From assembly GCF_009914755.1 (NCBI RefSeq), contig NC_060926.1: 64,000 nucleotides of DNA, one strand, 5' to 3'. The stretch comes from the human T2T-CHM13v2.0 reference genome, Homo sapiens. A program made the position numbers and the translations under genes. Under the pieces are notes generated by a model that was given only the letters and a program-made list of their open reading frames with translations, searched no databases and had not been told where the DNA came from. Below are positions 58,537 through 64,000 of the stretch, piece after piece; within the stretch, counting starts at the first letter, position 1, and each line of letters begins with the position of its first letter.

Positions 58537-59020
58537 TGTATGACATGACTCCTTTATATTTACCAGTTTATTACAAAGGATATGGCAAAAGATACCAATG
58601 AAGAGATGCGTAGGGCAAGGCATGGAAAAGAGTGCAGAGCTTTCATGCCCTCTCCAGATGCAGTGCTCTTCAAGAAGCTCCAAGTGCTCAGCTATTCAGA
58701 AACACCCTTATCCCTGTTTTTTGGAGTTTTTATGGGAGCTTCATTACTAGCCATAATTGAGTAAATCATTGGCAATTGGTGATCAACTTAACCTTTGGCA
58801 TCTGTTTACTCCCCAGAGGTTGGGGGGTGGAGCTGAAAGTCCAACCCTCTAATTCTGCCTTGGTCTTTCCAGTGACTAGCCTCCATCCTGAAGCTACCTA
58901 AGGGTTGCCAGCCATTAGTTAGCTCATTAGCATACAAAAAGATTCCCCATTTTGGAGAGTCCAAGGATTTTTGGAGTTGTATGCAAGAGACAAAGACCAA
59001 CTATATATTTTACCATGTCA
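58537..59020. mobile_element. MER21-like ERV LTR
   Basis: TTTACCAGTTTATTACAAAGGATA..TGAAGAGATGC.TAGGGCAAGG..GGGGGGTGGAGCTGAAAGTCCAACCCTCTAAT..CAAAGACCAA..TGTCACA. Confidence 0.8.
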
Positions 59021-59228
59021 CAATCCACCCCCTAGTCTTCAAACACAGATCCCTTACAGTAAAAGAATGTACAACTTAAAAGATACTGACACATTGCTAG
59101 ATTTCCATTCAGTCACTAATACTTAGAACAGTACATCATCATATTTTATGAGTATGTCTCCCAGAGCAAGGCTATTCAAGTTTGCAGGCTTCCATTGATC
59201 TTATCACATCCCGAAAGCAGGAGTGAGC

Positions 59229-61145
59229 TCAAAATGTTGAAGCAACTTTGGAACTGGGTAATAGGTAGAAGTTGGAACAGTTTGGAGGGCTGAAGAAGAC
59301 AGGAAAATGTGGGCAAGTTTGGAACTTCCTAGAGACTTGTTGAATGGTTTTGCCCAAAATGCTGATAGCAATATAGACAATAAGGTCCAGGCTGAGGTGG
59401 TCTCAGATGGAGATGAGGAACTTGTTGAGAACTGGAGCAAAGGTGACTCTTTGTTATGTTGTAGCAAAGAGACTGGCGGCATTTTACCCCTGCCCTAGTG
59501 ATTTCTGAAACTTTGAACTTGAAAGAGATTATTTAGGGTACCTGGTGGAATAAATTTCTAAGCAGCAAAGCATTCAAAAGGTGACTTGGGTGTCGTTGAA
59601 AGCATTCAGTTTTAAAAGGGAAACAGAGCATAAAAGTTTCAAAATTTTGCAGCCTGACATTGAGATAGAAAAGAAAAATTCCATTTTGAAATTCAAGCAG
59701 GCTGCATAAATTTGCATAAGTAATGAGGAGCCGCATGTTAATCCCCAAGACAATGGGGAAAATATCTCCAGGGCATGTCAGAGGTCTTTATGGTAGCCAC
59801 TCCCATCACAGGCTCAGAAGCCTAGGAGGAAAAAGTGGTTTCGTGGGCTGTCCCAGGGTTCCCAAGCTGTATGCAGCCTAGGGACTTCATGCCCTGCGTT
59901 CCAGCCACTCCAGCCATGGCTGAAAGGGGCCAACATAGCTCTCAGGCCATGGCTTCAGATGGTGCAAGCCCCAAGCCTTGGCAGCTTCCACATGGTGTTC
60001 AGCCTGCAGGTGCACAAAAGTCAAGAATTGAGGTTTGGGAACCTCTGCCTAGATTTCAGAGGATGCATGGAAATGCCTGGATGACTAAGCAGAAGTTTGC
60101 TACAGGGGCAGGGCTCTCATGGAGTACCTTTGCTAGGGCAGTGCAGACGGGAAATGTGGGGTTGGAGCCCCCACCCAAGTCCCTACTGGGGCACTGCCTA
60201 GTGGAGCTGTGAGAAGAGAGCCACTATCCTCCAGATCCCAGAATAGTAGATTATGGGAGTACAATTCAAGAAGAGATTTGAGCTGGCCAATTTGGCAGCT
60301 TGCGCAGTGTGCCTAGAAAAGCCACAGACACTCAATGCCAACCCGTGAAAGCAGCCAGGAGGGAGGCTGTACCCTGCAAAGCCACAGGGGTGGAGCTGCC
60401 CAAGACTATGGGAACCTACCTCTTGCATCAGCGTGACCTGGATGTGAGACATGGAGTCAAAGGAGATCAATTTGGATTTTTATGATTTGACTGCCCTGAT
60501 GGATTTTGGACATGCATGGACCCTGGAAAACCTTTGTTTTGGTCAATTTCTCCCATTTGGAACAGCTGTATTTACCCAATACCTGTACCCCATTGTATCT
60601 AGGAAGTAACTAGCTTGCTTTTGATTTTACGGCTCATAAGCAGAAGGTACTTGCCTTGTCTCAGGTGAAACTTTGGACTGTGGACTTTTGGGTTAATGCT
60701 GAAATGAATTAAGACTTTAGGGAACTGTTGGGAAGGCATGATTGGTTTTGAAATGTGATGACATGAGATTTGGAGGGGCCAGGGGTGGAATGATATGGTT
60801 TGGCCCTGTGTTCCCACCCAAATCTCATCTGGAATTGTACTCCCATAATTCCTATGTGTTGTGGGAGGGACCCTGTGGGAGATCATTTGAATCATGGGGG
60901 CACATTCCCTACTACTGTTCTCGTGGTAGTGAATAAGTCTCATGAGATCTGATGGTTTTATCAGGGGTTGCTGCTTTTGCATCTCTCTCATTTTTTCTTG
61001 CCACTGCCATGTAAGAAGTGCCTTTTACTTCTTACCATGCTTCTGAGGCCTCCCAAGCCATGTGGATATGTAAGTCCAATGAAACCTCTTTTTCTTCCCA
61101 GTCTCGGGTATGTTTTTATCAGCAGCATGAAAATGAACTAATACA
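59229..61145 (+). mobile_element. THE1 internal region (59229-60790) plus 3' LTR (60791-61145), 5' LTR missing
   Basis: GAAGCAACTTTGGAACTGGGTAA..GTCCAGGCTGAGGTGGTCTCAGATGGAGATGAGGAAC, polypurine tract GGAGGGGCCAGGGGTGGAA, then TGATATGGTTTGG..AACTAATACA. Confidence 0.95.
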
Positions 61146-61364
61146 AAATGTATTCATTTATTTTGTACTCTTTAAATCTAGTTTTATCTATTTTTTATTT
61201 GAAATTATCTTAAAGTAACTTTTAAACGAGACACAATTAGTTTTAAAATAAATACTCATTTTATGTCTTTATAACTTTTCGTTTACCAAAAACATATCTT
61301 GTTTCTCTTTATATACTCTGTATATATATTTTTTTTCTGATATTTGGTAGTTTTAATTACATAT

Positions 61365-61717
61365 TGATATTGTTTGGCTCTGTGCCTCCACCCGAATCAT
61401 ATCTTGAATTGTATTAATACCTCTATGTGTCAGGGGAGGGACCTGGTAAGAGTGATTGGATCATGGGGGTGGTTTCCCACATACTCTTCTCATGATAGTG
61501 AGGGAGTTCTCATGAGGTCTGATGGTTTTAAAGTTTGTGGCAGTTTCTCCTCTCTCTCTCTTGCCACCATGTAAGATGTGCCTTGCTTCCCTTTAAACTT
61601 CTGCCTGATTGTAAGTTTTCTGAGGCCTCCCAAGCCATGAGAAACTGTGAGTCAATTAAACCTCTTTTCTTTTTAAATTACCCAGTATCAGGTAGTATCT
61701 TTATAGTAGTATGAAAA
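61365..61717 (+). mobile_element. THE1D/MSTA-like solo LTR
   Basis: TGATATTGTTTGGCTCTGTG..TGAGGCCTCCC..GAGTCAATTAAACCTCTTTTC. The 3' tip is eroded into (TA)n. Confidence 0.9.
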
Positions 61718-62973
61718 AATATATATATTATACATATATATAATATACATATATTAATTAAAATTTTAACTCTTAGTAACCTTACTTTTTAGTGAAAACA
61801 TAGGAAGTAAGTAATTTTGAACTGTTTTATATTAGTATTTGTAGATGAAAACCATCTTATAAGTTTTTAGAAAGACATATTAAAAAATTCTTTTTCATTA
61901 GCAAATCTAAATATATTTAGGTTTTTATACCATTTAAAAATAAATGTCAAAGTACATAAACTTAAATTTATTTTTGATAATTAATGTTTTAATATTTTTA
62001 CTTATAAATGACTCAGACATTTCATGATTATCTATTACTTAATTTAATACAATATGATCTTAGGATTTTAAGTTACTGAAAATAATTTTGAAAATATGAC
62101 ACAAGTACCCTTCCTAATGCCTTCCCCAGTCATGCTGGGTCTTAAATAACTATATGGCATCCAGGACAGCTATGAAGGGCAGGGCCCATCTGGGTGCCAA
62201 GTTTATATACCAGGTGTAGAACTCAGGACAGAAGACAGCTATGAAGATGATGTCTGAAGGATCCAACCCTTCGTAGAATGGCCAGGAACCAAAGCTAATC
62301 CCAGGAAGAAGTGCCATACTCGGCTTGACTCTGTCCTTTAGCTGGTGATCAAAGCACTGAGGACATGTCCCCAGATCTTACCATGGCCAACTATCAGACC
62401 TCAAAATCTAGAGGTTCAAAACTAAAAATATAAGCTTACAGTCAAATTAAGTATCAAAAATATTAAAGAAGTAGTAGTTTCATGACTTTAAAACATGTAT
62501 CAGAGGTAGTATAAAATTGTCTGACCAGTATATGCAGACAAAATGTCTGAATTATATTTAACTGACAATTTTGAAGTCATTTGTATTTCGTCATAATAAC
62601 AATTTAAAACTAGCTTTATTTATCAAGTTTTATGTATACATAATACATAGAGACATAGACAAAAATAGATTTTATAGTTTTTATAAAGAATTTTTATTAA
62701 TTGGCTTTTAAATATATATTTTTTCTTTTTAGATGATTAATCTTTTATTTATCTGTTTTATTGCCCTAAGTAATTGATAGGCAATAATTTGTTTTTAAAG
62801 CAATGACTCTTACATGAAACAAGATAAAAAATCTGTACCTTGAAAGCACAGAGCTGAGACTTCAGGCCTAAATATTGTGCTATTATTTGCTCAAATCAAA
62901 GAAAAAGTTTTTATATAAAATCCCAGTTAAGACAAAATGACCAGAAAAAGCTCATTAAACAAATGTAAGACTT

Positions 62974-63347
62974 TGTATTAGTCCTTTCTCACACTGCTAT
63001 GGAGAAAAATCTGAGATTGGGTAATTTATAAAGGAAAGAGGCTTAATTGACTCACAGTTCTGCATGGCTGGGGAGGCCTCAGGAAACTTACAGTCATGGT
63101 GGAAGGGGAAACAAATGCATCCTTCTTCACAAGGTAGCAGGAAAGAAAAGTGCTGAGCAAAGGGGGAAAAGCCCATTATAAAACCATCAGATCTTGTGAG
63201 AACTCATTCACGATCATGAGAAAAGAATGGGGGTAACCTCCACCATGATTCAATTATCTCTCATTAGGTCCCTCCCATGACACATGGGGATCATGGGAAC
63301 TAAAATTCAAGATGAGATTTGGGTGGGGACACAGCCAAACCATATCA
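62974..63347 (-). mobile_element. THE1 solo LTR
   Basis: TGTATTAGTCC..GAGATTTGGGTGGGGACACAGCCAAACCATATCA. 5-bp TSD GACTT at 62969-62973 and 63348-63352. Confidence 0.95.
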
Positions 63348-63427
63348 GACTTGTTATGTAAATTTAAAACAATTGTAAGAGTTTCTAGTCACTCAGTCAT
63401 CTCTCTTAAACATCCTTATAAATGGAA

Positions 63428-63787
<360 letters not shown>

Positions 63788-64000
63788 TAGCCAGCTAAAT
63801 GTTAGAAGGGTGTACTTTGAACACTGATTTAGTTTAATAGGTGGTCTTTTTAACTTAGTTTTTGCCTTTTAGTTAAAATTACTGAGTTCAGTTTGGAACC
63901 CATCAGGGAATAGGGTAAAGAAACGATTCTCTATGTCTGGACTCAGCATAGATAGCTTTGAAAAAGAAGAAAGCCTACTTTTTATAAATACTTTATACAG

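Noticed and set aside
59204-61574. ORFs up to 130 aa
   Set aside because: They are THE1 internal or LTR reading frames, interrupted and lacking intact retroviral domains.

Overview
This is primate, most likely human, AT-rich and CpG-poor genomic DNA. Roughly half or more is recognisable interspersed repeat: 8 Alus, L1s from L1PA to L1ME, MaLR LTRs (THE1/MST/MLT1), an ERV1-type nest, a Tigger3-type DNA transposon, and MIR/L2/L3 relics. No intact protein-coding gene is supportable. The long ORFs are broken L1 ORF2 pieces or Alu/LTR frames, and I could not name a host gene. The layout fits a very large intron of a + strand gene that ends in a short candidate terminal exon at about 57504-57625, followed by an intergenic LTR nest. 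I found no new multi-gene system. The best oddities concern retrotransposition and DNA repair: (1) an Alu that apparently carried ~105 bp of downstream LTR sequence with its own AATAAA and a second A-tail; (2) an AluY plus L1 composite inside one target-site duplication (TSD), with a doubled L1 3' end that switches subfamily; (3) a perfect 29-bp-arm hairpin abutting that TSD; (4) two co-oriented L1s ~22.6 kb apart that share apparent private variants, suggesting gene conversion; (5) a 263-bp tandem duplication of unique DNA; (6) a twin-priming L1 inversion; (7) an inverted templated insert in a THE1 internal region. Subfamily names come from my recollection of consensus sequences, not from a search, and boundaries of old repeats are approximate.
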